In this document: in pieces, positions 1 through 11,247 of the stretch
Layout: each line of letters starts with the position of its first letter
Position numbering within the stretch: position 1 is the first letter of the stretch
From: an uncultured Gemmatimonadales bacterium
GTDB taxonomy: Bacteria; Gemmatimonadota; Gemmatimonadetes; Gemmatimonadales; GWC2-71-9
NCBI GenBank assembly: GCA_963695555.1
Contig: CAVOGR010000007.1
Coordinates: 795,216 to 859,215, forward strand
DNA length: 64,000 nucleotides
Direction: 5' to 3'
The notes under the pieces: model-generated
What the model was told of the DNA's origin: nothing
Seen by the model: the letters and a program-made list of their open reading frames with translations, nothing else
Database searches by the model: none
Program-made: the position numbers and the translations under genes

Positions 1-330
1 CGCAATTGGCGGCGAAAGAGCGGGGCGATCGAGAACTTGGCGCTGTGGCGCGCGCTGGTCGAAACCGCTCAGTCGCATGAGGTCCAATGGACCTGGGTCC
101 GAGGCCACACGGGACACGTCAAGAACGAGTATGCCAACGATCTGGCGGTTGCGGCGGCGACGGAGCAGAAGACGTCGGATGGAGCGATGCCGTCCGGGCT
201 TTCGGCCTGGCTCGCTGCCAAACAGGCACGCGGCCTCTATCCCGACTCCGACCCGGATGCGTCGTTCGCCGCAGCAGAACGGTTGATGGCAAGCGATGAG
301 CCGCTACCCATAGCCGAGGCAGTCGAGTGA
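1..330 (+). CDS. rnhA: Ribonuclease HI, C-terminal part (5'-truncated by window edge)
   Basis: Frame open from base 1: NWRRKSGAIENLALWRAL...WTWVRGHTGHVKNEYANDLA matches the RNase HI N-x-x-LW and WV-x-GH-x-G...NE-x-A-x-x-LA motifs. Confidence 0.9.
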   Translation, partial: RNWRRKSGAIENLALWRALVETAQSHEVQWTWVRGHTGHVKNEYANDLAVAAATEQKTSDGAMPSGLSAWLAAKQARGLYPDSDPDASFAAAERLMASDEPLPIAEAVE

Positions 331-333
331 ACC

Positions 334-1017
334 ATGAGTGACGTGGAACGCATGTTTCGTCTCCTGGTACGCACGCTGGCGGACGTGGACCCCTCGTGGC
401 TTCATCGTCCGATCCCGCTCGGGGCGATGACCCGCGAGGTGATTCCGTATCGTGATGTCCGCAATCGCCTGAACCTGGCGTGCAACGAAGATTATGAGTC
501 GCTTCTGATTCGACTATGTGCCGGACAGGGAGGTCTGGCGGAACTCACGGACACAGATGCCCGGGAGCACTTCGCCCTGGCCGCAGCGAGTCCGCATCCC
601 GACTTGGACTTACTCCGCCGCTGGTCGGAGACCACCGTCAGTCTCGACGCTCGAGCCGTGGCACGGGCGCTCGGCGGAGAACCAGAGGACGAGTATGCAC
701 CGACACCCGAACCGGCCACGCCAGTCGACCAAGCTTCTCCGCCACCCGAGACGCTTCCGTCCGAGTCGGCGGCCTCGGGCCGCGACCGTCGCGTGCTCGA
801 CTTTCCGTTACCGCCCGCGTCATCCGCCCCAACCCCGGCCAGTCCGGCCGACCAATGCCTTTTCTGCGGTGGTGAGCTGCCGGCCGACCGTGAGACCAAG
901 TATTGCCCACATTGCGGCCAGAGCCAGGTCATACTCCGCTGTCCCAATTGCGACGCGGAGGTGGAGATCGGCTGGCGGCATTGCATCACGTGCGGGCAAC
1001 CGCTGCCGCATCTCTAG
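334..1017 (+). CDS. Double zinc-ribbon domain protein
   Basis: Four C-terminal CxxC pairs (CLFC, CPHC, CPNC, CITC) after a Pro-rich linker. Confidence 0.75.
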   Translation: MSDVERMFRLLVRTLADVDPSWLHRPIPLGAMTREVIPYRDVRNRLNLACNEDYESLLIRLCAGQGGLAELTDTDAREHFALAAASPHPDLDLLRRWSETTVSLDARAVARALGGEPEDEYAPTPEPATPVDQASPPPETLPSESAASGRDRRVLDFPLPPASSAPTPASPADQCLFCGGELPADRETKYCPHCGQSQVILRCPNCDAEVEIGWRHCITCGQPLPHL

Positions 1018-2064
1018 GTGACCCGCCACAACATCGCCGTCATTCCAGGCGACGGAATCGGACCGGAAGTCGTGGAGGCGGCCCTGCCCGTACTTGCCCG
1101 AGCCGCTCGCCTGGACGGCGTCGAGCTTGGCTTCGAGCGATTCCCCTACGGGGCCGAGCACTTTCTCGCAACCGGCGAAACCCTGCCCGAAGCGGCGTTT
1201 CAGCGTCTCGAGCGCGAGTTCGACGCAATCCTGGTCGGCGCGCTGGGCGACCCTCGCGTGCCCCAAAACGAGCACGCACGCGACATCCTACTTGGCCTCA
1301 GGTTCCGCCTCGACCTCTACATCAACTTCCGACCCGTCCGATTGCTGCATCCGCGGCTCACACCCCTCAAGAACTCACGGCCCATCGATTTCGTGGTCTT
1401 TCGTGAGAACACGGAGGGACCGTATGGCGGGCGGGGACGCGCGCTCATGGTCGGCACGCCGAACGAGGAACAGATTTCCGAGGAAGTGCACACCTGGCGG
1501 GGAGTGACGCGCATTCTGGAAGCCGCCTTCGCGTGGGCCGAGGCACACGGACGGACGCGAATCACCCTGTGCGACAAGGCAAATGCCATCCCGTTCCACC
1601 GGATCTGGGCCGAGCGCTTTCAGGACATCGGCGCCAACCATCCCGGAATCGAGCGCGAACACCGTTACATCGACGCGCTCGCGCTCGACCTGGTACGCTC
1701 GCCTGGGCATTTTCAGCTCATCGTGACCAACAACCTCTACGGCGATATCGTGTCAGACCTGGGCGCAGGCCTGGTCGGCGGGCTCGGGCTCGCACCGAGT
1801 GCCAACCTGCACCCTGGGCGGCCCGGCCTGTTCGAGCCGGTCCACGGGTCCGCGCCTCCCTTGGCCGGTACGGGAACTGCCAACCCCATGGCCGCCATCC
1901 TCACGGGCGCTCTCATGCTCGAATCACTCGGCTATCCCGGCACTCGGGCCAGGCTCGAGGCCGCCGTTCAGCGCGTCATAGCGAACGGGCCAACGACGCC
2001 GGACCTGGGCGGCGGGGCATCGACCGACCAGGTGGCGGAGGCCACCAAAACGGCCCTCGGCTAG
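1018..2064 (+). CDS. leuB: 3-isopropylmalate dehydrogenase (isocitrate/isopropylmalate dehydrogenase family)
   Basis: IAVIPGDGIGPEV, FRENTEG, NLYGDIVSDL, FEPVHGSAP, ANPMAAIL motifs; substrate not certain. Confidence 0.75.
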   Translation: MTRHNIAVIPGDGIGPEVVEAALPVLARAARLDGVELGFERFPYGAEHFLATGETLPEAAFQRLEREFDAILVGALGDPRVPQNEHARDILLGLRFRLDLYINFRPVRLLHPRLTPLKNSRPIDFVVFRENTEGPYGGRGRALMVGTPNEEQISEEVHTWRGVTRILEAAFAWAEAHGRTRITLCDKANAIPFHRIWAERFQDIGANHPGIEREHRYIDALALDLVRSPGHFQLIVTNNLYGDIVSDLGAGLVGGLGLAPSANLHPGRPGLFEPVHGSAPPLAGTGTANPMAAILTGALMLESLGYPGTRARLEAAVQRVIANGPTTPDLGGGASTDQVAEATKTALG

Positions 2065-2197
2065 GACTCGTCAGATAGGTCCAGCGCAGGACCTGATGCG
2101 GGGTTCGCCGGAGGTCTTCGCTTGAGAGAGTCTCTCGGTACGGGCATATTTCACCGCTCACCGACGATCATCCGCGAAGATTTGGAGCCAGTCTCTC

Positions 2198-3409
2198 ATG
2201 AAGACTCAAGGCCATGGTACCGACGTCGTCTTCCTCTCAGGCGTCCGGACGGGCTTCGGCGCCTTTGGCGGCGCCCTCAAGTCCTACAGCGCAATCCAAC
2301 TGGGCGCGATTGCCGCCAAATACGCCGTCGAGCGGTCCGGCACGGACCCTTCGGCCATCGATCACGTGGTGTTCGGCAACGCGCTTCAGACTTCGGCTGA
2401 TGCCATCTATCTGGCCCGGCATATCGGACTACAAGCCGGGCTGCCACTGGAGACGCCGGCCGTCACCGTAAATCGACTCTGCGGGTCGGGATTCGAGTCG
2501 ATCATTCAAGGCGCCCAGCAGATCCTGCTTGGCGAGTCCCAGGTCGTCCTGGCGGGGGGCACCGAGTCAATGAGCCAGGCCCCCCATATCGTCCGCGGCG
2601 CCAGGTGGGGCCTCAGGCTCGGCCCGGCTCCCCCGTTCGAGGACCTCCTGTGGGAGTCGCTGCAGGATCCACAGTGCGGCTTTTCCATGGCGGAAACGGC
2701 CGAGAACCTGGCCGACAAGCACGGGATCGCGCGGGAGGATGTCGATGCGTATGCCCTCAGGAGCCAGCAGGCGGCGGCGGCCGGGTGGAGCGAGGGGCAC
2801 TTCGCCGAAGAGGTCATCCCCGTGCCGGTCAAGAACCCGAAGACCCGCCAAATGGAAGACTGGGCCGCGGACGAACACATGCGCCCATCCACCACCGCCG
2901 AAGCGTTGGCAAAGTTGCCGCCCTACTTCAAGAAGGACGGCGTGGTTACCGCGGGGAACGCATCCGGTATCTGTGATGGTGGCGCCGCGGTCGTGATCGC
3001 GAACGAGAGCTACGCGTCGAAGAGCGGGCTCCGCCCCATTGGTCGGCTGGTGGCCTGGGGGGTGGCGGGCGTCGAGCCGAAGTACATGGGGATCGGGCCG
3101 GTGCCGGCGGCCCGCAAGGCGCTGGCGAAGGCGGGGATGACCTTGGATCAGATGGATCTCGTCGAGGTCAACGAAGCGTTTTCGGCCCAGTACCTCGCCG
3201 TTGAGCGCGAGCTCGGGCTCGACCGCGAACGAACCAACGTCGACGGAGGCGCCATCGCCATCGGCCATCCGTTGGCCGCGTCCGGCACCAGGATCACCCT
3301 GCATTTGCTGCACGCGCTACGTCGACGGGGCAAGCGAATCGGCCTCGGAAGCGCATGTATCGGCGGCGGGCAGGGCGCAGCCGTCATCGTCGAGGCGTTT
3401 CCAGCCTAA
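2198..3409 (+). CDS. Acetyl-CoA C-acyltransferase (thiolase)
   Basis: [20 protein letters not shown] and CIGGGQG thiolase motifs. Confidence 0.93.
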   Translation: MKTQGHGTDVVFLSGVRTGFGAFGGALKSYSAIQLGAIAAKYAVERSGTDPSAIDHVVFGNALQTSADAIYLARHIGLQAGLPLETPAVTVNRLCGSGFESIIQGAQQILLGESQVVLAGGTESMSQAPHIVRGARWGLRLGPAPPFEDLLWESLQDPQCGFSMAETAENLADKHGIAREDVDAYALRSQQAAAAGWSEGHFAEEVIPVPVKNPKTRQMEDWAADEHMRPSTTAEALAKLPPYFKKDGVVTAGNASGICDGGAAVVIANESYASKSGLRPIGRLVAWGVAGVEPKYMGIGPVPAARKALAKAGMTLDQMDLVEVNEAFSAQYLAVERELGLDRERTNVDGGAIAIGHPLAASGTRITLHLLHALRRRGKRIGLGSACIGGGQGAAVIVEAFPA

Positions 3410-3426
3410 ATCATCAAGAGGACATC

Positions 3427-4302
3427 ATGGAACTCATTATCGCCGCCGCCATTGGATTGACCTACGTCGCGGCCAGCCTCCGGGTGCTAAAGCAGTACGA
3501 GCGAGGGGTCGTCTTCTTCTTGGGGAAATACATCGCCACCAAGGGACCCGGACTCATTTTCTTGCCTGCCGGCTTCGCGGCCCAGAAACGGGTCTCCCTC
3601 AGGATCATGGCGCTCGATATTCCGCCGCAGGACGTGATCACGCGGGACAACGTCTCCGTCAGGGTAAACGCCGTCCTGTACATGCGCGTCATCGATCCCG
3701 CGCGAGCCATCATCGACATCGAGGACTATCTCTATGCCTGTAGCCAGCTCGCGCAGACGACGCTCCGCGCGGTGCTGGGTGAGACGGAACTCGACGAACT
3801 CTTGGCCGACCGGGAAAAAATCAACGCCATCTTGAAGAAGATCATCGACGAGCGGACCGATCCCTGGGGCATCGAGGTGTCGGCGGTCGAGGTCAAGGAC
3901 GTGGACCTGCCGGAGACGATGAAGCGCGCAATGGCGCGGCAGGCCGAGGCGGAGCGCGAGCGGCGAGCCAAGGTGATCGCGGCACAGGGCGAGCTCCAGG
4001 CATCGCACACTCTCGCGCAGGCGGCGAATACAATGGCGAAGGAACCCATGTCGCTCCAGCTTCGCTACCTGCAGACCGTGATCGAGGTCGCCGCAGAGAA
4101 CAACTCGACGACGATCTTCCCGATCCCGATCGACATGATCACGCCATTCATGAAGCAGGGACTCTTCGGCGGGAGCACGGCGGCGGCCGCCATCGGCGAA
4201 GGAGAGAGTGCACCGGCCCTGTCCGAGCCCAATCCGCTTACCATGCTCCCCCAGATCAAGGTGGAGGAGTCCAAAGTGCCGAAGAAGGAGCAGAAGGACT
4301 AG
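3427..4302 (+). CDS. SPFH/band-7 (stomatin/slipin) family protein
   Basis: [55 protein letters not shown] before ATG 3427. Confidence 0.9.
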   Translation: MELIIAAAIGLTYVAASLRVLKQYERGVVFFLGKYIATKGPGLIFLPAGFAAQKRVSLRIMALDIPPQDVITRDNVSVRVNAVLYMRVIDPARAIIDIEDYLYACSQLAQTTLRAVLGETELDELLADREKINAILKKIIDERTDPWGIEVSAVEVKDVDLPETMKRAMARQAEAERERRAKVIAAQGELQASHTLAQAANTMAKEPMSLQLRYLQTVIEVAAENNSTTIFPIPIDMITPFMKQGLFGGSTAAAAIGEGESAPALSEPNPLTMLPQIKVEESKVPKKEQKD

Positions 4303-4304
4303 GG

Positions 4305-5141
4305 ATGTCCAACCTAGTACCGGCGCGACGGATCGATCGCGAAGCGCTCGAACGCATCATCCAGCGCGCCACCGAACTGCAGACCGGCGAACGGGAGATC
4401 GCGTCGGACTTGACGCCGACGGAGGTGTTGGCGCTCGGGAAGGACGTCGGCATTCCCGAACGCTACCTGCAGCAGGCGATTCTGGAGGAGCAGACGCGCC
4501 GCCCCGTTCCGGCAGCGGCCGGGCTCTGGAATCGGCTGGCCGGCCCCCAGACGATAGCCGCCGAGCGGGTGGTGCGCGGTGAGATCGAGGAGCTGGAGGC
4601 GGCGCTCGCGCGGTGGATGGAACAGAACGAGCTATTGACGGTGCAGCGGCAGCAGCGAGGGTGGATTACCTGGGAGCCGGTCACCGGATTCCAGGCGGCC
4701 ATTCGCCGGTCGTCGGCGGCCTTGGGCGGCGGCAAGCGCCCGTTCATGCTCTCGAGGGCCACGGTCGTCTCCGCCACCGTGACCCCGCTCGAAGAGGGCT
4801 ACTGCCTGGTCAGCCTCGAGGCGAGCCTCCGGCGGGAACGTGGCTCGCGCGTTGCCTTCGGATCGATCCTCTCCACGACCGGGCTGGCCGGCACTCTCAT
4901 TTTGGGTGCGCTCGGCGCCGTCTGGGCCGTGACCCCGCTGCCCCTCGTGCTCGGCTTGGCGGCGAGTTACGCCACGTTCCGTAGCTACCGGCCGGTCGCC
5001 GACCGGACCAAGCTCGGGCTCGAACGGGTCTTGGACCAGCTCGAGCGGGGCGAAGTCAAACCGGCACATCGAGTACCGGAAGGCGGGCATCGTGTGTGGG
5101 AAGTCTTGGCACACGAAGTCCGCAAGGCTCTCAAACCTTAA
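4305..5141 (+). CDS. Hypothetical membrane protein
   Basis: Long ORF within an operon, two C-terminal hydrophobic segments, coding-like codon use. Confidence 0.7.
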   Translation: MSNLVPARRIDREALERIIQRATELQTGEREIASDLTPTEVLALGKDVGIPERYLQQAILEEQTRRPVPAAAGLWNRLAGPQTIAAERVVRGEIEELEAALARWMEQNELLTVQRQQRGWITWEPVTGFQAAIRRSSAALGGGKRPFMLSRATVVSATVTPLEEGYCLVSLEASLRRERGSRVAFGSILSTTGLAGTLILGALGAVWAVTPLPLVLGLAASYATFRSYRPVADRTKLGLERVLDQLERGEVKPAHRVPEGGHRVWEVLAHEVRKALKP

Positions 5142-5159
5142 ATCTCGACGAGTGCCCTC

Positions 5160-6050
5160 ATGTCAGATATCAAGAAAGTCGGAGTGCTGGGCTGTGGGTT
5201 GATGGGGAGCGGTATCGCGCAGGTCGCGGCCACCGCCGGCTACTCCACGATGGTCCGGGAAATTGCCGACCCGATCCTCGAGCGCGGCAAGGCCGGGATT
5301 ACCAAATCGCTCGACAAGTTCGTCGAAAAGGAGAAACTGTCCGCGGCCGATCGCGATGCGACACTCGGCCGGCTGTCCTTTGTGACCGATCTCGCGCGCC
5401 TGCGCGACTGCGATATCATCATCGAAGCGGTCACCGAGGACCTGGAGCTCAAGAACAACCTGTGGAAGGAACTCGACGCGCTCTGCCCGGACCACACCAT
5501 CTTCGCGTCGAACACGTCCAGCCTCACCATCGCCGCGATGGCCGCGGCTACCAGGCGGCGCGAGCTGTTCGTCGGCCTCCACTTCTTCAATCCGGTCCCG
5601 CTGATGAAGTTGGTTGAGGTGGTCCGAACCGTCACCACGTCGCCGGAGACGTTCGACCGGGCGTTTGCCTTCGCCAAGCAACTCGGCAAGGAGCCGGTGG
5701 CGGCGAAGGACAGCTCCGGCTTCATCGTCAATCTACTGCTGGTGCCGTATCTGCTCGACGCCATCCGCGCCCTGGAGCATGGCGTGGCGACGACGGTCGA
5801 TATCGACACCGGCATGAAGCTGGGCTGTGGTCACCCGATGGGGCCCCTGACGCTGTTGGATTTTGTGGGCATCGATACGACGTACAAGATCGCGGAGATC
5901 ATGTTCGACGAGTATCGCGAAGCCCGCTATGCGCCACCGCCATTGCTCAAGCGGATGATGCTTGCCGGCATGTACGGCCGGAAGAGCGGCATGGGGTTCT
6001 ACGATTACTCGAATTCACCGCCAACGCCGGTTGACCTGGGAATCGGCTGA
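5160..6050 (+). CDS. 3-hydroxybutyryl-CoA / 3-hydroxyacyl-CoA dehydrogenase
   Basis: GCGLMGSGIA Rossmann motif, ASNTSSL, GLHFFNPVP, GHPMGPL. Confidence 0.92.
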   Translation: MSDIKKVGVLGCGLMGSGIAQVAATAGYSTMVREIADPILERGKAGITKSLDKFVEKEKLSAADRDATLGRLSFVTDLARLRDCDIIIEAVTEDLELKNNLWKELDALCPDHTIFASNTSSLTIAAMAAATRRRELFVGLHFFNPVPLMKLVEVVRTVTTSPETFDRAFAFAKQLGKEPVAAKDSSGFIVNLLLVPYLLDAIRALEHGVATTVDIDTGMKLGCGHPMGPLTLLDFVGIDTTYKIAEIMFDEYREARYAPPPLLKRMMLAGMYGRKSGMGFYDYSNSPPTPVDLGIG

Positions 6051-6091
6051 CCCGACACTAGCTACCGACCACTTACGACACGAGGCACCCT

Positions 6092-6733
6092 ATGCTACTG
6101 CTGAACGGCGACGCCGCCGCCACGTTCCTGGGCTTCGAGCTGGTCCGGCTCCACGCCATGTTGAATGACCTGCCAGCTGCCCTTCTGATCGTGGCCGTCG
6201 TCTTCGAGGCCCTTCATGTCTTCACCAAGCGTGAAGGATTCCGGTATGCCTCGTTCTGGACTCTGATGGCCGGGGCCATCGGGGCCGCCGTCGCCGTCCT
6301 CTCCGGCCTGCAGGCCGAAGCGTCGATCGAACACGGAACCGCCATCCACGAGTTGATGGAACGCCACGAAACCCTGGCGTTCATCACGCTCGGCGTCTTT
6401 GCCGTCTTGGCCGGATGGCGGCTCCTGCGGGAGCGGAAGATGGGCATGCTCGAGCGGCGGGTAGCCCTGATCGTGGCTCTCGTGGGAGCCGGCGTGCTCT
6501 ACACCACCGGGAAGCTCGGCGGCGAGATGGTCTTTCAGCATGCGGCCGGCATTTCCACCGACGTGATGGAGCACGAAATCCAGAACCGTGGGGCCGGGCA
6601 CGAGCATGAAGGCGCCGAAGCGGGCGTCGCTCCTGCGGCTATGCCAGACTCGACCGTCGATGCACCCGCAGCGGAACCAGATACGGTATCCGACCACGTC
6701 GATCCGCCGGGCGCGCCGCCGCACACGCACTGA
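6092..6733 (+). CDS. DUF2231-like membrane protein with His-rich tail
   Basis: LHAMLNDLP, four TM helices, HETLA, GGEMVFQH; pattern resembles DUF2231. Confidence 0.7.
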   Translation: MLLLNGDAAATFLGFELVRLHAMLNDLPAALLIVAVVFEALHVFTKREGFRYASFWTLMAGAIGAAVAVLSGLQAEASIEHGTAIHELMERHETLAFITLGVFAVLAGWRLLRERKMGMLERRVALIVALVGAGVLYTTGKLGGEMVFQHAAGISTDVMEHEIQNRGAGHEHEGAEAGVAPAAMPDSTVDAPAAEPDTVSDHVDPPGAPPHTH

Positions 6734-7206
6734 TGTATCGTCTTTTCGCCTTGGGTCTCTGCTGCGCGGCTGCGCTGTCCTGCAACCCCAACACCAGCCG
6801 GCCGCCGATCCATCCCATGCTCGGCGCCCTGACCGTCGACGTCGACCTGGACGTTCCCGCCGCCACCGTCACGGTGGCGAACGCGTTGCGCACTGACTCG
6901 ATTCCGGTGACCATCGAGGAGCCGCGTGACGGTTACCTCGAGACTCCATGGTTCGAAAGCGCCACGGGGGCGGCAACGTCCCGGCGCCCGCTGGGGCCGG
7001 AGGTTGTGCGCGCGAGAGCATGGATCGATCCGCTCCACCCCGGGCGTTCACGTATCCAGGTCGAGATCGCCTATCGACCCTGGGCGGATCCTTCACTCCC
7101 CGAGCGCGAATTGGAACGGCTGGTCCCGCTCAGCCATCCCGTGGTTGCTCGGGTCCAAGCCGCGCTCACCCGGATCGGCGGGCCCGAGGCAACAGAGCAG
7201 CAGTGA
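6733..7206 (+). CDS. Hypothetical lipoprotein
   Basis: Signal peptide ending AALSC; start overlaps the upstream stop. Confidence 0.65.
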   Translation: MYRLFALGLCCAAALSCNPNTSRPPIHPMLGALTVDVDLDVPAATVTVANALRTDSIPVTIEEPRDGYLETPWFESATGAATSRRPLGPEVVRARAWIDPLHPGRSRIQVEIAYRPWADPSLPERELERLVPLSHPVVARVQAALTRIGGPEATEQQ

Positions 7207-8450
7207 ACGCTGACCAAGCAGTCTCGGACCCCGTAGGAACGGCATCGCCTCCGGTTCAGTATCCGGTCGCGGAACTGGCCCAACGCCTCTTCGATGTGGT
7301 GATCGTCGGAGCGGGGCCGGCCGGTGTGACGGCAGCCATCCGACTCGCATCCGCCGGCCACCAGGTGGCCCTGGTGGACAAGCGCGTGTTTCCTCGAAGC
7401 AAGGCATGTGGCGATGGCTTGCTCGGTGACAGTCTCCGGATGCTGCGGCGGCTCGAGCTGTATGACCTCGTCAGGTCGCACGGACACCTGCTGGACGCGG
7501 TCAGGATCTTCAGCCCGTCGCAACACGCCACCGATATTCCCGGTGAGTTCATGACCATACGCCGGGACGTATTGGACTTCCTATTGGCGCAGGCCGCCGT
7601 GGAGCGAGGTGCCACCTTTGTCGCAGCCGAGGTCACGAACTTAGAAGAGCAACCCGATCGTGTCGTCGCCCGGTGCCGCAGCACCAGCGTTAGCATGGCT
7701 GGCAGACTAGCCGTCGTTGCGACCGGCGCGGACATCCGGCTCGTCCCGAGCCGCGCAAGGGCGAGGGGCGATGCACGCAGCGCCATGGCGCTGCGGTGCT
7801 ATGCGCGCTCGTCGATGTCGCTCGACCGGTTGATTGTCACATTCGATCGGTCCATTCTGCCGGGATACGGCTGGATCTTCCCGCTGGGCAACCAGGAGTT
7901 CAACCTCGGCTGCGGCGTATTTGATCGGGGTACGGGAAGTCCCAACCCGAACCTGCGCGACATGTTCCACACTCTCGTTGACCGTTTCCCTCCCGCACGG
8001 GAGTTGATCGCGCACGGGGCTCTTACTTCCCCGCTCAAGGGCGCCCCGCTCCGGTGCGGGCTCACGGGTGTACCCGCCTACGCGGGCGGGCGCATCGTGG
8101 TGGTGGGCGAAGCCACCGGCACCACGTTCCCGTTCACCGGCGAGGGCATCGGCAAGGCCATGGAGACGGGCGCACTCGCCGCCGATCACGTGAGCCAGGC
8201 GCTCACGGCGGGCTCGCTCGAGCCACTCTCCCACTTGCCGCACGTGCTCCAGACCACCCTCGAGCCCCGCTACCGTGGGTATCGTGTCGCCGAACGCTGG
8301 TTATCCCATGCCTGGATGAGCGATTTCTTGATCAAGCGGGCCGGCCGGAGCCCCTATCTGCAGCGCGCGGCCGCCGGGGTGTTAAATGAATCGATCGACC
8401 CCGAAGAGATCTTTTCATGGCGGGGCCTCGTGACATCGTTAGCCAATTAG
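7203..8450 (+). CDS. Geranylgeranyl reductase family FAD oxidoreductase
   Basis: GAGPAG, FPRSKACGDGL, PGYGWIFP, PFTGEGIGKAM; GTG start overlaps upstream TGA. Confidence 0.85.
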   Translation: MNADQAVSDPVGTASPPVQYPVAELAQRLFDVVIVGAGPAGVTAAIRLASAGHQVALVDKRVFPRSKACGDGLLGDSLRMLRRLELYDLVRSHGHLLDAVRIFSPSQHATDIPGEFMTIRRDVLDFLLAQAAVERGATFVAAEVTNLEEQPDRVVARCRSTSVSMAGRLAVVATGADIRLVPSRARARGDARSAMALRCYARSSMSLDRLIVTFDRSILPGYGWIFPLGNQEFNLGCGVFDRGTGSPNPNLRDMFHTLVDRFPPARELIAHGALTSPLKGAPLRCGLTGVPAYAGGRIVVVGEATGTTFPFTGEGIGKAMETGALAADHVSQALTAGSLEPLSHLPHVLQTTLEPRYRGYRVAERWLSHAWMSDFLIKRAGRSPYLQRAAAGVLNESIDPEEIFSWRGLVTSLAN

Positions 8451-8454
8451 CGCG

Positions 8455-9540
8455 ATGGCCGAGAACGGAGCCGGAACGGCGGCGAGCATCATGAGCCCCA
8501 ACGCAACCGGTCGCGGGCAAGGGGGTCGGGCGTCGTCGAGTGAAGGGCGTGCGTTCTGCGCCGCCATGCTGCCCAAGGTCTCTCGGACCTTTGCGCTCTG
8601 CATCCGGCTCTTGCCCCGATCGCTGTCCCACTCGGTCACGGTCGCGTACCTGCTCTGTCGTATCGCCGACACCATCGAAGATGCGACTGACCTGTCCGTG
8701 GCCGACAAGCAAGGACTCCTGCGGCACTTCGGTGGTTGCCTGGACGACAACGGCCCTGCCGCCGACTCGATTCGAACGGCCTTCCGAAGGCGGAGGAACG
8801 ACGAAGAGCGCTTGGCCGCCGACGCAGACATGATACTCGGCGAATTCTACGCGCTCTCGGCCCGCGAACGCGATGCTATACGGCCATGGGTGCAGGAGAT
8901 GTGCGCCGGAATGGCGGAGTTTGCCAGGGCGGGACGGCTGGTTGCCGGGCGTGAACTCGAAACGCTGGCCGATCTCCAGGCGCTGGACCGCTACTGTTAC
9001 TTCGTGGCAGGCACGGTGGGACATCTACTCACGGGGTTGTTCCGTCTCTCCGATTCCCGAGCCGATGCTGCGCGCTATGAGGCGCTCGACCGCCTCGCGG
9101 CGAGTTTCGGACTCGGACTCCAACTCACCAACATCATCAAGGACGTAGCCGACGATCACCGTCGAGGCTGGAGTTTCGTTCCCCGTGATTTGTGCCGCCA
9201 GGCAGGCGTGCCGCCGGAAAAGTTGTTCGATCCAGCATTCCGCACCGAGTCACTCCAAGTCATGGACGCGCTCATCGCCGAGGCGCGACGACATCTGGTC
9301 GATTCACTGCGCTATTGCACCATGCTGCCGCGGTACCAATATCGTATCCGGCTCTTCTGCCTGACCTCGTTCTACTTTGCCGTCCGGACGTTACGCCGCG
9401 CGGCATCCGACCAGCGCCTGCTGGAGCCCACTCACAAACTCAAGATCACCCGGGGCGAAGTGTACCGGACCGTGGCGGCGACGCACGTCGTCGCGCCCAG
9501 CAACTACCTCGTGCGTGCATATTATCGGCGCCTTGCATGA
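8455..9540 (+). CDS. Squalene/phytoene synthase family protein (squalene synthase-like)
   Basis: SRTFALCI, YLLCRIADTIED, YCYFVAGTVG, GLGLQLTNIIKDVADD. Confidence 0.85.
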   Translation: MAENGAGTAASIMSPNATGRGQGGRASSSEGRAFCAAMLPKVSRTFALCIRLLPRSLSHSVTVAYLLCRIADTIEDATDLSVADKQGLLRHFGGCLDDNGPAADSIRTAFRRRRNDEERLAADADMILGEFYALSARERDAIRPWVQEMCAGMAEFARAGRLVAGRELETLADLQALDRYCYFVAGTVGHLLTGLFRLSDSRADAARYEALDRLAASFGLGLQLTNIIKDVADDHRRGWSFVPRDLCRQAGVPPEKLFDPAFRTESLQVMDALIAEARRHLVDSLRYCTMLPRYQYRIRLFCLTSFYFAVRTLRRAASDQRLLEPTHKLKITRGEVYRTVAATHVVAPSNYLVRAYYRRLA

Positions 9541-9570
9541 CCACGACCTGCTCCGCGCAGCCCTAGCAGC

Positions 9571-11247
9571 ATGGTTCTTCCGCAGGTTCCAACACCTCCA
9601 CCCGGCTTCCGCGGGGTGTTTCGAACGGACCCGAGGGCCCGGGCGGCGTACGCCGAAGGCGCCGGCATCTATCGCATCATCCCCGCTGCCGTCGCGATCC
9701 CGGCCAACGACAAAGACCTCCGCCATCTGCTGACCTGGGCGGCGCGGTTGGGCATGCCGATCGTCCCTCGCGGAGCCGGCAGCGCCATGGGAGGCGGCAA
9801 TGTGGGCTCCGGAACGGTCATCGACCTCACCGGCTTCGGGGCCGACCGGCTGGAGGTGATGCCCGACCGGCGCATGGCCCTGACCGGCGCCGGTGTAGCC
9901 TATAGCGGCCTCAACGCCGCGGCCGCCCGGCATTCGCTCAGGCTTCCGCCGGACCCGTCGAGCGGACGCTGGGCCACCCTCGGTGGCATGGTCGCGACCA
10001 ACGCGGCCGGCGCTCGCTCGGTGCGCTTCGGCAGTGTGCGGGCATGGGTGCGGGGCGTCGAACTCATGACCGCCGACGGGTCGCACGGCTGGATCCGGCG
10101 CGGCGCGGCTGGCAAGGCGGAATCGGGGCTACCCGCCGTGGACCGATTCCACCAGCACGTCGCCCCAGCTATCCACGCGGCCGCACCCCTCGTTCGTCAA
10201 CGGTTTCCCCACACGCGGAAGAACTCGGCCGGATACGCGCTCGACGCGTACCTGGAGTCGGGCGACCTCGTCGAGCTCATCATCGGCTCGGAAGGCACCC
10301 TCGGCATTATCACCGGCATCGAGTGGCGGTTGGATGGAATTCCCGCATGTCGGGCCGGTGCCGGGATCGTACTCCACGATCTCGCGAGCTTGGCCGACAT
10401 CGTCCCGGCCATTCAGCAATACCAGCCCTCGGCGCTCGAACTGCTCGACCAGACCTTTCTCGATCTGGTGCGCTCGGGGTCCGAGCGCGGCACGGCCGCC
10501 GATTGGGTCCCGACGTCGGCAGCGGGGCTGCTCCTGGTCGAATTCGAGCGCGATACGCCGGCATCGCTCCGCGGCGTCTTGGGCGACGCGATACGCGCGG
10601 TGGATCACCTCGCAGCCGACGTGCGTACCGCCTTGGCCGAGGGCGAGACGGCTGAACTCTGGGCGTTACGCCATGCCGCGAGCCCTATTCTGGCTCGGCT
10701 GCCGGATCACCGACGCTCCCTTCAAGTAATCGAGGATGGGTGCGTGCCGGTGGCCGAACTTGGCAGGTACGTGAGTGCGGTGCGCCGCGCCGCAGCCGCT
10801 CGCGGACTGGAAGTGGTACTTTTCGGCCACGCCGGTGACGGCCACCTTCACGCGAATCTTCTGGTCGATGTGAGTCGTGAGGGGTGGGAAGGAGTGGTCG
10901 GCTCGTTGCTCGAAGAGGTGACCGCGGAGGTCATTCGGCTAGGTGGCACACCCGCGGGCGAACACGGCGCCGGTCGACTTCGCGCCGGATTTCTCGGTCA
11001 GCTCTACGGACCGGACATCCTGACCTTGTTCAGATCGGTCAAGCAGGCCTTCGATCCGGATGGGCTCTTGAACCCTGGCGTGCTCTTGCCGACATCGGCC
11101 GATGCGACGCCCATGAACCATCTCAAGATGGGCACACGAGCGGTCGCTCTCCCCGATGATATCGCCCAGGCCTTGCGCTCCATCGAACGGGAGGCAACGT
11201 ACCAACAGTTGCGGCTGGCCCTCGCGGACCGGAGTCCCACGCCATGA
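9571..11247 (+). CDS. FAD-binding oxidoreductase (GlcD/D-lactate dehydrogenase-like)
   Basis: [52 protein letters not shown]. Confidence 0.88.
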   Translation: MVLPQVPTPPPGFRGVFRTDPRARAAYAEGAGIYRIIPAAVAIPANDKDLRHLLTWAARLGMPIVPRGAGSAMGGGNVGSGTVIDLTGFGADRLEVMPDRRMALTGAGVAYSGLNAAAARHSLRLPPDPSSGRWATLGGMVATNAAGARSVRFGSVRAWVRGVELMTADGSHGWIRRGAAGKAESGLPAVDRFHQHVAPAIHAAAPLVRQRFPHTRKNSAGYALDAYLESGDLVELIIGSEGTLGIITGIEWRLDGIPACRAGAGIVLHDLASLADIVPAIQQYQPSALELLDQTFLDLVRSGSERGTAADWVPTSAAGLLLVEFERDTPASLRGVLGDAIRAVDHLAADVRTALAEGETAELWALRHAASPILARLPDHRRSLQVIEDGCVPVAELGRYVSAVRRAAAARGLEVVLFGHAGDGHLHANLLVDVSREGWEGVVGSLLEEVTAEVIRLGGTPAGEHGAGRLRAGFLGQLYGPDILTLFRSVKQAFDPDGLLNPGVLLPTSADATPMNHLKMGTRAVALPDDIAQALRSIEREATYQQLRLALADRSPTP

